NCBI GenBank assembly: GCA_963707365.1
Contig: CAVPPI010000009.1
Coordinates: forward strand, 129,778-193,777
Reading direction: 5' to 3'
Length of the DNA: 64,000 bases
Source of the DNA: an uncultured candidate division Zixibacteria bacterium
GTDB taxonomy: Bacteria; Zixibacteria; MSB-5A5; GN15; FEB-12
Part shown: piece by piece, positions 28,886 through 39,203 of the stretch
How the letters are laid out: every line of letters starts with the position of its first letter
How positions within the stretch are numbered: the stretch's first letter is position 1
Made by a program: the position numbers and the translations under genes
The notes under the pieces: model-generated
The model's input: only the letters and a program-made list of their open reading frames with translations
What the model was told of the DNA's origin: nothing
Database searches by the model: none

Positions 28886-30397
28886 ATGAATTATCCATTC
28901 TGGGATGTGGACATCGGCTATGGACTACTGATGGCCATCATAGCCGTGATTCACGTCTTCGTGTCGCACTTTGCAATCGGTGGCGGTCTGTACCTGGTCG
29001 TGGCCGAAAGAGCAGCTCGCAAGAAGAACGATGAGCTGATGCTCGGGTTTCTCAGGAAGCTCAGCAAGTTTTTCGTGCTGGTGACGGTTGTCTTCGGAGC
29101 GTTAACGGGGGTCGGCATCTGGTTTATTATCGGTTTGCTCAACCCGACTGCAACGGAAGCGCTCATTCACAATTTCGTCTGGGGCTGGGCGACCGAGTGG
29201 ACCTTCTTCGTGATGGAAATCACCGCCGCCCTGATTTATTTCTATGGCTGGGAAAAGATGTCGGCAAAAGCCCACATGTTTGTCGGCTGGGTTTATTTCG
29301 GCGCCGCCTGGATGTCGCTTTTTATTATCAACGGCATTGTCACTTTTATGCTTACACCGGGAGACTGGCTGGTGACGGGAGAATTCTGGGACGGGTTCTT
29401 TAATCCGACCTTCTGGTCATCGCTCTGGCTGCGCACCGGCATTTGTATCATGCTGGCCGGATTGTATGCTCTCGTGGTGGCGGCCCGATACAACGCCGAC
29501 GATTTCAAGGCAAGGCTGGTCAGGTACAACGCTGTCTGGGCATTGGTGGGACTGGTCATCATGGTGCCTACGTTCTATTGGTACTGGAGCGCGATTCCCT
29601 CAGGTATCGTGCAAACCGCATTGGCACAGATGCCAACACCCATCTCTACCCTCTATGGTTCTTTCTGGAACGCCGGCCTGATCTTCGTATTTTTGATTCT
29701 TTTCGGCCTGGCAATCCCGAAACGATACAACATGGTAATAGCCGTGCTTCTCATGATTTTTGGGCTGAGCTGGTTTGGCGAATATGAATGGATGCGCGAG
29801 TCGATTCGCAAACCGTATGTCATCACCGGGTATATGTATGGTAACGCTGTGGAGTTGGCGAAGGCTGATGTTTACACGCAGGACGGCATGCTCGAGCACA
29901 TTGCGTTCAGGACGGGCGACGACGGGGCCGATCTGTTCCGCCACGCCTGTCGCAGTTGTCACACAATCGATTGTTATAAGCCGTTGAAACCGGCGCTGGA
30001 TGGAACCGACACGGCCTTCATTGCGGCCACGGTTCGCGGTATGCAGGTCATAAAAGGCAATATGCCGCCGTTCACCGGCACGGAACAGGAAGCGGGCCTG
30101 ATTGCGGCTCATTTATACGGCAAACTCGATAGTCGCCATCTGAGTGAAATCTACAAGTTGAGCGGCGTGGCGCTCGGGGAGAAAGTGTATGATGTTCGCT
30201 GCGGACGGTGTCATGAGATTGGCGGCTTCAACGACAAGTGGGAGACACTGGCCGGTTTGACAGCGGATGACCTCAACGATCTTCTGGATATGGCTGCTGA
30301 TTTCGGCGAAGAGATGCCGGCATTCACCGGCGACGATGTTGAACGCCAGGCCCTGATACAGTATCTGTTGTCGTTAAACAAAGGGGGGACGCAATGA
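28886..30397 (+). CDS. Cytochrome bd-like oxidoreductase subunit I with two fused c-type heme domains
   Basis: HVFVSHFAIGGG, WATEWTFFVME, EWMRESIRKPY; C-terminal CRSCH..MP and CGRCH..MP. Confidence 0.8.
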   Translation: MNYPFWDVDIGYGLLMAIIAVIHVFVSHFAIGGGLYLVVAERAARKKNDELMLGFLRKLSKFFVLVTVVFGALTGVGIWFIIGLLNPTATEALIHNFVWGWATEWTFFVMEITAALIYFYGWEKMSAKAHMFVGWVYFGAAWMSLFIINGIVTFMLTPGDWLVTGEFWDGFFNPTFWSSLWLRTGICIMLAGLYALVVAARYNADDFKARLVRYNAVWALVGLVIMVPTFYWYWSAIPSGIVQTALAQMPTPISTLYGSFWNAGLIFVFLILFGLAIPKRYNMVIAVLLMIFGLSWFGEYEWMRESIRKPYVITGYMYGNAVELAKADVYTQDGMLEHIAFRTGDDGADLFRHACRSCHTIDCYKPLKPALDGTDTAFIAATVRGMQVIKGNMPPFTGTEQEAGLIAAHLYGKLDSRHLSEIYKLSGVALGEKVYDVRCGRCHEIGGFNDKWETLAGLTADDLNDLLDMAADFGEEMPAFTGDDVERQALIQYLLSLNKGGTQ

Positions 30398-31419
30398 ACT
30401 TACCCGATTACAATTTCCTGTCGGCGCCTCTCTGGCTCATCACGGTCTTGCACACTGTGACGCTGACACTGCATCTGCTGGCCATGAATTTCATGCTCGG
30501 CGGTATAATCATTCTTCTGTTCGGAAAATTCAACGACCGATGGAACCATCCGGTGGTCCAGAAATTCATCAAGCTCTTCCCGAACATTATGGCGGCTACG
30601 GTCACCATCGGGGTGGCGCCTCTGCTGTTTGCGCAGCTGGTGTTCGCCAAGCCGGTCTATGCCGCATCGATCGTCAGCGGCTGGTTCTGGCTGATGATAT
30701 TCGTGGTTGCCATGATAGTCTACTATCTCCTGTACGCTTCATCGTTCGCCACGAATACCGGCAACAAGCGCGTTAACATATATCTGAGTGTGGCTCTGAT
30801 TGGCCTGTTGTATATCTCGTTCGTGTACAGTTCCGTTTTCTCAATGGCGGAGCGTCGGGAACTCTATGCCTCTCTCTATGCCGGCAACCAGTCGGGACTG
30901 ATTCTCAATACGGATCTTGGTTCCTACATCTTCCGGTGGCTGCACATGGTTCTCGGGGCCCTGACCGTAGGCGGCTTTTTCGTCGGGCTTATCGGCAAAG
31001 ACGATGACCGGGCTTTTAAAGTCGGCAAGGCGTTTTACCTGTGGGGGATGGTAGCCGCAATGGTGATAGGCCTGGCGTATCTGTTTACGTTCGGTGACTA
31101 CATCTTGCCGTTCATGCGCAGCTCGGCGGTGTGGCTGCTTCTGGTTGCGATTGTGTTATCGCTGGGATCGCTGCATTTCTTTTTCAAGAAGAAATTTCTG
31201 TTCGCATCGCTCATGGTGCTGGTGTCGATGATCTTGATGGTCTGGATCCGGCACACGGTCAGACTGCTGTTTCTCGAGGGGCAATTTGACCCGGCTTCAT
31301 TACCGGTCAACCCGCAATGGTCGATTTTCATTATATTCCTGATCTGTTTTCTTGTCGCCGTCGGGTTGGTCTGGTATATGCTCAGACTGTTTCTCTCCGG
31401 GAAGGGTCAGACAACCTGA
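30394..31419 (+). CDS. Multi-TM partner subunit of the bd-like oxidoreductase
   Basis: 4-bp overlap with subunit I; LHLLAMNFMLGG, GVAPLLF.Q, RWLHM. Confidence 0.72.
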   Translation: MNLPDYNFLSAPLWLITVLHTVTLTLHLLAMNFMLGGIIILLFGKFNDRWNHPVVQKFIKLFPNIMAATVTIGVAPLLFAQLVFAKPVYAASIVSGWFWLMIFVVAMIVYYLLYASSFATNTGNKRVNIYLSVALIGLLYISFVYSSVFSMAERRELYASLYAGNQSGLILNTDLGSYIFRWLHMVLGALTVGGFFVGLIGKDDDRAFKVGKAFYLWGMVAAMVIGLAYLFTFGDYILPFMRSSAVWLLLVAIVLSLGSLHFFFKKKFLFASLMVLVSMILMVWIRHTVRLLFLEGQFDPASLPVNPQWSIFIIFLICFLVAVGLVWYMLRLFLSGKGQTT

Positions 31420-31439
31420 GATTGTTTTTGTGCAAATAA

Positions 31440-31474
31440 ATAAAGGGTGGACCGTTGTTCGGTCCACCCTTTAT
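31440..31474. terminator. Bidirectional terminator
   Basis: 15-bp stem ataaagggtggaccg/cggtccaccctttat. Confidence 0.82.
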
Positions 31475-31499
31475 CATATCTGTGGTTTGCGGATATCTG

Positions 31500-32058
31500 T
31501 CAGCTTCGCAGAGCCAGTTCAAAAGCGTCTTTGAATGTCTCATAGTCGCGGGGTCCCACGAATCGTCCAATTTCGTTTCCGTTGCGATCTATGAAAATTG
31601 TCGTTGGCACGCCGGTGATACCATAGCGAATGCCCAGGTCGTTGTCTCCCATCAGCATGATCCAATTCATGCCGTTCTGCTCTGCGAAAGTGATAACGTT
31701 GCCCGGAGAGTCGCGAACGGCAAGACCGATCATCTCAATCTGATCGGAGCTGTACTCGTTGTATACCTTGACCAGATCGGGGATTTCTTTGCGGCACGGC
31801 GGACACCAGGTTCCCCAGAAATTGAGCACGACCGGCTTTTTGCCGACCCATTCTCTCGAATCGCGCAATGTGCCGTGGATATCGTAAGCCGTAAATACAA
31901 ACGTGTCGGTTGCGATCGTCGCGCAGGTTGGTAGTGTCGACCGCGGGATTGGTCTGAGCTGGCTGATTTGTCTGGTCGGCCGCCTGCTGGGATCCACATG
32001 AAGCCAGGACCAACATGGTAAATGCGATCAGGCTGAATCGGGTAATTTTTCTTAGCAT
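31500..32058 (-). CDS. TlpA/ResA-like redoxin lipoprotein; one +1 frameshift near 31923 as assembled
   Basis: LASC lipobox in the 32058 frame; NFWGTWCPPCRKEIP and YGITGVPT in the frame ending at 31500. Confidence 0.85.
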
Positions 32059-32183
32059 CTAATTTTCCTTCTCAATATTTTTCAACTTTGCTGTAGGTAA
32101 ATTAATCAACCGCAACATCAGTGCAAGCAAAAACGAGCTTTGCCGTTTGCCAGGCCGATACTGTCTTCCAGATCATGTTTTGG

Positions 32184-32717
32184 TTATTGCCCGTCACCTT
32201 CCGTAGCTGTCGAATCTTCGTATTTGTGCTCTTTGACAAAGGTGAGAGCCTCCAGCATATAATCGGTAGGTCGATAGCCGCCGATGGGAGCGAGTTTGCT
32301 ACCGTCGGACTTGAGAAACCAGAAAGTCGGGTAACCGCGAACCCCGAATTCCTGAATAGCGAGATTCCTCTCCGTGATCTTGTACCCGTCGATATCGAGT
32401 TCCTTTTTCGACTCACCATCCACTTTGACCGGGACGAAATCATTATTGAGGATATCGATCACTCTCTGGTCGGAGAAAGTTTCGCGATCCATCTTCTTGC
32501 AGTACCCGCACCATTTGGCGGTGAAATCGATAAAAACATGTTTGTCTTCTTCTTTGGCTTTTTTCAATCCCGCATCGTAGGCATGCCAGACGATTTCTTT
32601 TTTCGGTTCTTCGGCCGGTTTGCTGCCGTCTTTCGGACTGATCTCTGCTCCTGAAAGGGCCACAGACGAGGTGGTCAGCAGAAACAGCGTGATGCCAATG
32701 GTCTTTGTTAATTTCAT
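32184..32717 (-). CDS. Periplasmic thioredoxin-fold protein (SoxW/DUF255-like)
   Basis: Signal peptide; DFTAKWCGYCKKM; GVRGYPT. Confidence 0.88.
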   Translation of the reverse strand: MKLTKTIGITLFLLTTSSVALSGAEISPKDGSKPAEEPKKEIVWHAYDAGLKKAKEEDKHVFIDFTAKWCGYCKKMDRETFSDQRVIDILNNDFVPVKVDGESKKELDIDGYKITERNLAIQEFGVRGYPTFWFLKSDGSKLAPIGGYRPTDYMLEALTFVKEHKYEDSTATEGDGQ

Positions 32718-32735
32718 ATTCGGGTCCGGGTTCTA

Positions 32736-35700
32736 TTAATACATTTCTTTCTTGCTAAGTTTCCTGAGGAATGCCGATGATTCACCAAGCAATTCCTTGA
32801 GGCTGTTCAAAAGTGCGAAATCCGGTTTTACTCTGTACTTTCGGGATTTTATATATACTTCGGAACCGTTTTCCTGGGCCGTAATCAGTACCGGAGCCTC
32901 GCCCGGGTACTGCTCGAGGGAGGCCAGGGCCCTGTCAATTATGTTATCGGAGCAGTTCCGATCAATCTTTATAACCAATTGACAGCTAAACCGTTCCGAA
33001 AGATTTTCAAGCGGCATCAGCTCTGAACAAATGATCTTGGGAGCCTCCCCTTCTCGCGTCGAAACGCGTCCCTCCACCAGTACCATCCGTTCATCGGCAA
33101 TGCACTCCTGTCCCTTTTCATAACAGCTTGAAAAAACTATCAGTTCCACCGAGCCGGAGTAGTCTTCCAGGGTAACAAAAGCCATCATGTTACCCTTCTT
33201 GTCCAGCATTTTCTTAACGGTAGTAACAACGCCGCCTACCGTTACTTCTTTCTGGTCGGCCGCCCGGCCGAGATCGCCGATTCGATAAGTAGTGAAATGA
33301 GTCAATTCGTCTCTATATTTGTCCAGTGGATGTCCGGAGATGTAATAACCGAGCATTGCTTTTTCCTGGGCCAATCTGTCGGCATTTGACCATTCCGGTA
33401 CATCGGGTAGTGGCGGTGCGACACGCTCAATGGCGCCGCCCGTATCGGCAAAGAGATCGTGAGAGCTGCTGTGCTCGGAGGCTTTGTGTCCGAACTCCAG
33501 CATTGCCTCGACCGCCTGGTACTTCTGGGCGCGATGTCCCTCGAGTGAATCACAGGCACCGCCGGCTATAAGCGATTCGAGCGTGCGTCGGTTTATCGCT
33601 TTCAATGGCACTCTGCCGACGACATCTTCGAGCTTTTTGAAAGGTCCACCCTTCAGCTGTTCTTCGACAATGGCACGGGCGGGTCCTTCACCGACATTCT
33701 TAACGGCCATCAGGCCGAATCGAATCTTACCGTCAACGACAGAAAAATCGACTTTGGATTCATTGATATCCGGTGGCAGCACTTCTATGTTCATGCGGCG
33801 ACACTCTTCCAGAAGCTGGTAGATGCGATCGGAGTTGTTGATTTCCGATGACATGAGGGCGGCCATGAATTCGCGCGGGTAATAATGCTTGAGCCAGGCG
33901 GTTTGATAAGCTACGAAGGCATAGCAGGTGGCGTGAGCTTTATTGAAGCCGTAGCGGGCAAAAGTCTCTATCTGGTTAAAGACCTCCTCGGCCACACCGC
34001 GGTCGATCTTATTTTTGTCGGTCCCTTCCAGAAATTCCTTTTTCTGGGCAGCCATCAAAGCAGCGTCTTTCTTACCCATAGCCTTTCTGAGAAAGTCCGC
34101 CGAGCCCATGCTGTATCCGGCCAGGGCGTTGGCAATGTGCAGCACCTGCTCCTGAAACACAATTACGCCGTAGGTGCTGCCGAGGATCTTTTCCAGTTTG
34201 GGATGAAGATACTTAATAGTCTTAGCGCCCCGTTTACGCTCGATATATATATCGATCATTCCGGAGTCCAGCGGTCCGGGCCGGTAGAGAGCGTTCATGG
34301 CCGTGATGTCGGTCAGATTTTCGGGGCCGAGTTTGCGCAGGTAGTCCCGCATGCCGGCCGATTCAAATTGGAAAATGCCGATAGTGTCGCCGCGGGCAAA
34401 TACTTTGTATACCTCGGCGTCATCGAGAGGGACTTTATCGATGTCGATATCGGCGCCGCCATCATTCTCTTTGACCATGCGCAGGGTATCATCGATGACT
34501 GTCAGGGTGCGCAGGCCAAGAAAATCCATTTTCAGCAGGCCGATTTCTTCGACCATTTTCATATCGTACTGGGTGGTTATTTCGTCGCGGGTCCCTTTGA
34601 ACAGCGGTACATAGTTGGTGAGAGCCGAGGGAGCAATCACCACTCCCGCGGCATGCGTGGAGCAATGACGCGCCAGACCTTCGAGCGTTATAGAATAATC
34701 AAGCAATCGCTCGATGCGTTTGTCGGTGTTTTTCAGTTGTGTCAGTTCCGGAACCTCTTTGAGAGCAGTCGCGAGCGTGATGCCTATCCGCTCCGGTACC
34801 ATCTTGGCAATCTTGTCGACATCCATGTACGGCATGCCCAGCACCCTACCGACATCGCGGATAACCCCGCGCGCCATCATGGTTCCAAAAGTTATTATCT
34901 GGCAGACATTGTCCGAGCCGTATTTTTCGATAACGTACTGGATGATCTTGTCGCGTCCGCGGTCGGCGAAGTCGATATCGATATCCGGCATCGACACTCG
35001 CTCCGGGTTGAGGAACCTTTCAAAAAGAAGCTCGAACTTGATGGGGTCGATATTGGTAATCTTGAGGGCATACGAAACCAGCGAACCGGCGGCAGAACCG
35101 CGTCCGGGGCCAACCGGGATTTTCTGCGAGCGGGCGTAGTCACAAAAATCTTTCACAATCAGGAAATACCCCGCGTAACCCATCTGTTTGATAACGCCCA
35201 GCTCGTATTGGAGCCTGTCGGTTATCTCATCGGTGATTTCTCCATAGCGATCTTTGAGCCCCTCATCGCACAGGTGGCTCAGGAAAACATCGGGGTCCAC
35301 AAACGGTTTCGGAATCGGGAAGCGCGGCAGTTTAAGTTTACCCAGTTCGAGCTCAAGATGGCAGGATTCGGCGATGTGTACCGTGTTTTCAAGAGCCTGG
35401 GGAAAGTCGCCCAGCGCTGACTCCATCTCCGGAGCGGATTTGAAATAGATCTGGTCCGATGTATACTTCATACGCTCGGTGTCGGATACAACCTTACCGG
35501 TCTGTATGCACAATAAAGCGTCGTGAGCGGCATAATCCTGCTGACGCAGATAGTGACAATCGTTGGTAGCCACCAGGGGGATGCCGGTCTCGCGGGAGAT
35601 AGCATCAAGTTTGGGTATCAGCTGGAGTTCTTTCTCCAGACCGTGGTTCTGTATCTCGAGGTAGAAGTTGCCCTTGCCGAAGATGTCGTTCAGCTCCCTG

Positions 35701-36188
35701 GCAGCAGCAACCGCTTCCTCGGTACGGCCGTTGAGCAGGTGCCAGTTGACTTCACCCTTGAGACAGGCCGAGGATGCTATCAGTCCCTCGGAGTGCTGTT
35801 TGAGAAGTTCCTTGTCGATTCGCGGGCGATGGTAGAACCCTTCGAGAAAGGCTGCCGACGTAAGCTTTATCAAATTTTTGTAACCGGTTTCGTTCTTTGC
35901 CAGCAGTACCAGGTGGAAGCCACCATCGGGATAACGGCCGGACGGTTGTTTTTCAAAGCGGCTGCCGCCGGCAACGTATGCCTCGCATCCGATGATCGGC
36001 TTGAGGCCGGCTTTGGTGGCTTTTTTATAAAATTCTATGGCTCCGAACAGGTTACCATGGTCGGTGATGGCCAGGGCAGGCATCTTGTATTCTATGGCCA
36101 TGTCGATGACGTTATCCAGTCGACAGGCGCCATCGAGTAGCGAGTACTGGCTATGAGTGTGCAGATGTACGAAATTAGCGTATTTCAT
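32736..36188 (-). CDS. dnaE: DNA polymerase III alpha subunit
   Basis: HLHTHSQYSLLDG PHP domain, GPGRGSAAGS, FERFLNPER.SMPDIDID, YGFNKAH. Confidence 0.98.
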   Translation of the reverse strand: MKYANFVHLHTHSQYSLLDGACRLDNVIDMAIEYKMPALAITDHGNLFGAIEFYKKATKAGLKPIIGCEAYVAGGSRFEKQPSGRYPDGGFHLVLLAKNETGYKNLIKLTSAAFLEGFYHRPRIDKELLKQHSEGLIASSACLKGEVNWHLLNGRTEEAVAAARELNDIFGKGNFYLEIQNHGLEKELQLIPKLDAISRETGIPLVATNDCHYLRQQDYAAHDALLCIQTGKVVSDTERMKYTSDQIYFKSAPEMESALGDFPQALENTVHIAESCHLELELGKLKLPRFPIPKPFVDPDVFLSHLCDEGLKDRYGEITDEITDRLQYELGVIKQMGYAGYFLIVKDFCDYARSQKIPVGPGRGSAAGSLVSYALKITNIDPIKFELLFERFLNPERVSMPDIDIDFADRGRDKIIQYVIEKYGSDNVCQIITFGTMMARGVIRDVGRVLGMPYMDVDKIAKMVPERIGITLATALKEVPELTQLKNTDKRIERLLDYSITLEGLARHCSTHAAGVVIAPSALTNYVPLFKGTRDEITTQYDMKMVEEIGLLKMDFLGLRTLTVIDDTLRMVKENDGGADIDIDKVPLDDAEVYKVFARGDTIGIFQFESAGMRDYLRKLGPENLTDITAMNALYRPGPLDSGMIDIYIERKRGAKTIKYLHPKLEKILGSTYGVIVFQEQVLHIANALAGYSMGSADFLRKAMGKKDAALMAAQKKEFLEGTDKNKIDRGVAEEVFNQIETFARYGFNKAHATCYAFVAYQTAWLKHYYPREFMAALMSSEINNSDRIYQLLEECRRMNIEVLPPDINESKVDFSVVDGKIRFGLMAVKNVGEGPARAIVEEQLKGGPFKKLEDVVGRVPLKAINRRTLESLIAGGACDSLEGHRAQKYQAVEAMLEFGHKASEHSSSHDLFADTGGAIERVAPPLPDVPEWSNADRLAQEKAMLGYYISGHPLDKYRDELTHFTTYRIGDLGRAADQKEVTVGGVVTTVKKMLDKKGNMMAFVTLEDYSGSVELIVFSSCYEKGQECIADERMVLVEGRVSTREGEAPKIICSELMPLENLSERFSCQLVIKIDRNCSDNIIDRALASLEQYPGEAPVLITAQENGSEVYIKSRKYRVKPDFALLNSLKELLGESSAFLRKLSKKEMY

Positions 36189-36358
36189 CTCTTAGTCTTT
36201 GTCCAAATCAGAACCACCTGCTGTGAATTGTCACGATTACGCAACCGGTGAAAAAGGGTGAGTCTCTTAAGTGTCTTCCTAATTATTGTACGAACTAATA
36301 AGTACGACTAAACCCGGCCGGGGTCAATTACTTTTTGGATCCCGCCCCCGCGCCGCAC

Positions 36359-36384
36359 AAAAAAGGCGGCCCATTCGGGCCGCC
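36359..36384 (-). terminator. Intrinsic terminator of the PEP-CTERM gene
   Basis: Minus strand ggcggccc-gaat-gggccgcc followed by T6. Confidence 0.82.
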
Positions 36385-36416
36385 CGGCGTAACTATGAGA
36401 AGGTGTGAGATAGAAT

Positions 36417-36803
36417 TTACTTTTTCATGCGACGGTACACACCGGCTCCGACAAGACCGGTCGCAAACAGAATCAGGCTGGCCGGTTCCGGAGTGGCGGT
36501 TGTTTCCAACTCGCATTCGTTGTTGTCGTAACGCCAGTTAGATGTCCGGGAGTTCTGGTAAAACCCGGAAAACTCGGATCCGCCCTTTTGGTCATTCCAG
36601 TAACTGTGCGAAGTAAACAGTGTACCGGTGTGGTAAGATGAGCCCGATAAAGGCGTGTAAGAACTACCGGCTGTCCAATTGTTGGCGACTGCTGGAGTTA
36701 CCGACGGACGATGGTTGTTTAAGACCAGGGCGTTCGCCGAATAGGCTGCGGCGACTACAATTAGCGCGACCGTGAATATCAAAATGGTTTTGTTCGTTTT
36801 CAC
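36417..36803 (-). CDS. Small PEP-CTERM sorting-domain protein
   Basis: Signal peptide; C-terminal TPEPASLILFATGLVGAGVYRRMKK; AGGAG RBS before GTG. Confidence 0.9.
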   Translation of the reverse strand: MKTNKTILIFTVALIVVAAAYSANALVLNNHRPSVTPAVANNWTAGSSYTPLSGSSYHTGTLFTSHSYWNDQKGGSEFSGFYQNSRTSNWRYDNNECELETTATPEPASLILFATGLVGAGVYRRMKK

Positions 36804-36924
36804 TTCTGCTCCTGGAGAACTTCCAAAGCTCAGTTTTTTTACTAAAAAGAGCCTTTGAAGAGTCTATTCTCCTTAAAATTATTAAGTGTGCTCTACTGCT
36901 GTCCCGAATACAAGATAAGTAAAG

Positions 36925-36941
36925 TAGCAATTAGTGTGCCC
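36925..36941 (-). promoter_or_regulatory. Sigma54 (-24/-12) promoter for the PEP-CTERM gene
   Basis: Minus strand GGGCACACTAATTGCTA = GG-N10-GC with GGCAC and TTGC cores. Confidence 0.75.
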
Positions 36942-37354
36942 GTTTTTGTGGTATTCCGGAATGTTTTAGGTTGCGGTGTAAGTGTTTGTTGGTGTGAACG
37001 TTAGGGGTTGGTCGCAATAAGGGCGTACGCGGAGCCATACAGTCCATGATAAAGTATGAATAACGACAAGCACAATTGCGTATAATTATGCACAGTCCGG
37101 GCGACATTATTTTTCCGGAAGGCCCCATTGGTAAGGGTTTTGGCTCGCAAGAGCATCAACGGCTGTGATCTACCCTATTTAGTTGGAGAGACTGCGTAAA
37201 ACTTAGTGAAAGGTTCGGTATTTAGACTGACACACCCTGTCACCGGAAGAATTTATTTTATTCTCGGGAAGAATGTGATATATTTCGCAATTGAACCCAC
37301 TTAGGTTGTGTCATGACGAAGAACAAGATAGAAATAAAGAAAGGCAGAGCAGAT

Positions 37355-38395
37355 ATGGCTAACTCGACAAGTGCACCCGACCGCAAGAAGGCGCTTGATG
37401 CTGCCGTGACGCAGATTGAGCGTTCTTTCGGCAAGGGCTCAATTATGCGGCTGGGAGACAATGTGGTTTTGGAGGTCGAAGTTATTCCGTCCGGCTCCCT
37501 GGGACTCGACCATGCTCTCGGTGTCGGTGGTATTCCTCGCGGCCGCGTCACTGAGATTTTCGGTCCGGAATCATCGGGTAAGACTACTTTGGCGCTTCAC
37601 ATAATCGCCGAAGCACAGAAACTTGGCGGAGTAGCAGCCTTTATCGACGCTGAGCATGCGCTTGACGCTAAATATGCCAAAGCGCTGGGCGTTGATATTG
37701 ATAATCTTCTCATCTCGCAACCGGATACCGGCGAGCAGGCTCTTGAAATCGCCGAAACGCTGGTTCGTTCCAGTGCCGTTGATATCGTAGTGGTTGACTC
37801 CGTTGCGGCTTTAACACCCAAGTCTGAAATCGAAGGAGACATGGGCGACAGCCATATGGGTCTTCAGGCTCGCCTGATGTCTCAGGCTCTCAGGAAGTTG
37901 ACCGCCATTATTTCCAAGTCAAAGACGGCTGTCGTGTTCATAAACCAGATTCGCATGAAGATTGGCGTAATGTTTGGAAATCCCGAAACCACGACCGGCG
38001 GTAACGCTCTCAAATTCTATTCCACGGTGCGACTGGATATCCGCCGGATAGCCGCTATCAAAGACAATCAGGAGGTTATAGGTTCAAGGACCAGAGTTCG
38101 GGTCGTAAAGAACAAAGTGGCGCCCCCGTTTAGAGAGACCGAGTTTGACATAATCTATGGCAAGGGTGTCTCCACCAGCGGCGAACTTATTGATGTCGCT
38201 GTCGATAAAGGCATTGTGGACAAGTCTGGGTCATGGTTCAGCTACGGTTCGGAGCGCCTTGGGCAGGGCCGCGAAAATGCCAAGCGCTTCCTGGAGGATA
38301 CTCCCGAGGTTGCAGCCGAGGTGCTATCAAAAGTGAAAGAACATCTGGGTATGAAGTTTGAGCCGATCGTTGTTGCCCAGACGGAAGAAAAATAG
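37355..38395 (+). CDS. recA: Recombinase RecA
   Basis: [35 protein letters not shown]; the ORF could start at 37313. Confidence 0.98.
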   Translation: MANSTSAPDRKKALDAAVTQIERSFGKGSIMRLGDNVVLEVEVIPSGSLGLDHALGVGGIPRGRVTEIFGPESSGKTTLALHIIAEAQKLGGVAAFIDAEHALDAKYAKALGVDIDNLLISQPDTGEQALEIAETLVRSSAVDIVVVDSVAALTPKSEIEGDMGDSHMGLQARLMSQALRKLTAIISKSKTAVVFINQIRMKIGVMFGNPETTTGGNALKFYSTVRLDIRRIAAIKDNQEVIGSRTRVRVVKNKVAPPFRETEFDIIYGKGVSTSGELIDVAVDKGIVDKSGSWFSYGSERLGQGRENAKRFLEDTPEVAAEVLSKVKEHLGMKFEPIVVAQTEEK

Positions 38396-38404
38396 TCGGC
38401 AGAC

Positions 38405-38432
38405 CGGGTGCCCCTGATTTAAGAGGCACCCG
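38405..38432. terminator. Hairpin between convergent recA and cytochrome genes
   Basis: cgggtgcc/ggcacccg stem; weak T tails. Confidence 0.5.
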
Positions 38433-38457
38433 ATTTCCATCCAAAGAATTTCCCGCG

Positions 38458-39057
38458 TTACTGCTTTACGCCGGACGGCATTCCATCCGGCTTCATCGGC
38501 ATTGGTACCATGTTGTTAATTGGCTTCAGCGACTGGAGATAAGCGAATATGGCGCGCAGGTCGTCGTCGCTTAGCTCGCCGATGTTCTGCCATGGCATCG
38601 GGGGCAGTATCGGTCTGCCGGTACCCATATGTCTGCCGCTACGCATGGCGCTGATAAAAGATGACTCCAGCCAGGCGCCTGTGCCCGTTACCTCGTCGGG
38701 TGTGAGATTTGTGGCAAAGCTTGTTCCCCAGGGTCCGGCCCAGGCTGTGAAATCGCTGTTGGTAAGGGCTGCCCAGCCCTGCGGTCCCATTACGTTTTTG
38801 GGGACTTCCGGGAGGGTGCTGCTGGCGGGATGGCCCGAGAGAAGGCGGGAGGGATCGGGTATTGGCCCGCTGGAGGTGTAGATCTTTGGTGAGTGGCAGT
38901 CGTTACATCCACCTATGTTAACCAGATATTTCCCTCTTTCAATTTGCCGACTCATACTGAAAGCATCGGCTTGTTTCGGTTCGCCCGAACATGCGACAAT
39001 TAGCCCGACAGCAAGAATTGCCGCAAATGCTGTCATTATCGCCAGTCTTTTGGTCAT
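38458..39057 (-). CDS. c-type cytochrome lipoprotein
   Basis: IVAC lipobox; RGKYLV..GGCNDCHSP; NLTPD..TG; PPMPW. Confidence 0.88.
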   Translation of the reverse strand: MTKRLAIMTAFAAILAVGLIVACSGEPKQADAFSMSRQIERGKYLVNIGGCNDCHSPKIYTSSGPIPDPSRLLSGHPASSTLPEVPKNVMGPQGWAALTNSDFTAWAGPWGTSFATNLTPDEVTGTGAWLESSFISAMRSGRHMGTGRPILPPMPWQNIGELSDDDLRAIFAYLQSLKPINNMVPMPMKPDGMPSGVKQ

Positions 39058-39203
39058 ATTATCTCCTGCGTTGTGATTGTTTAGCAGACGTAATACGTTA
39101 GCGCGGCCGGACGTGGTGGAGAAATCTTGCGAGACCTCGAATTTTGGACCGGATGGCGATTACTACCGGTGGTTGGCCCGGATTGATGCGGAAGGTCGGG
39201 CTC

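Noticed and set aside
33885-35420. 511-aa + strand ORF
   Set aside because: Antisense shadow of dnaE with no motifs; the same applies to 1722-2540, 2643-3470, 21750-22598 and similar ORFs
32736-38395. Inteins or introns in dnaE or recA
   Set aside because: Both proteins have normal length and continuous motifs
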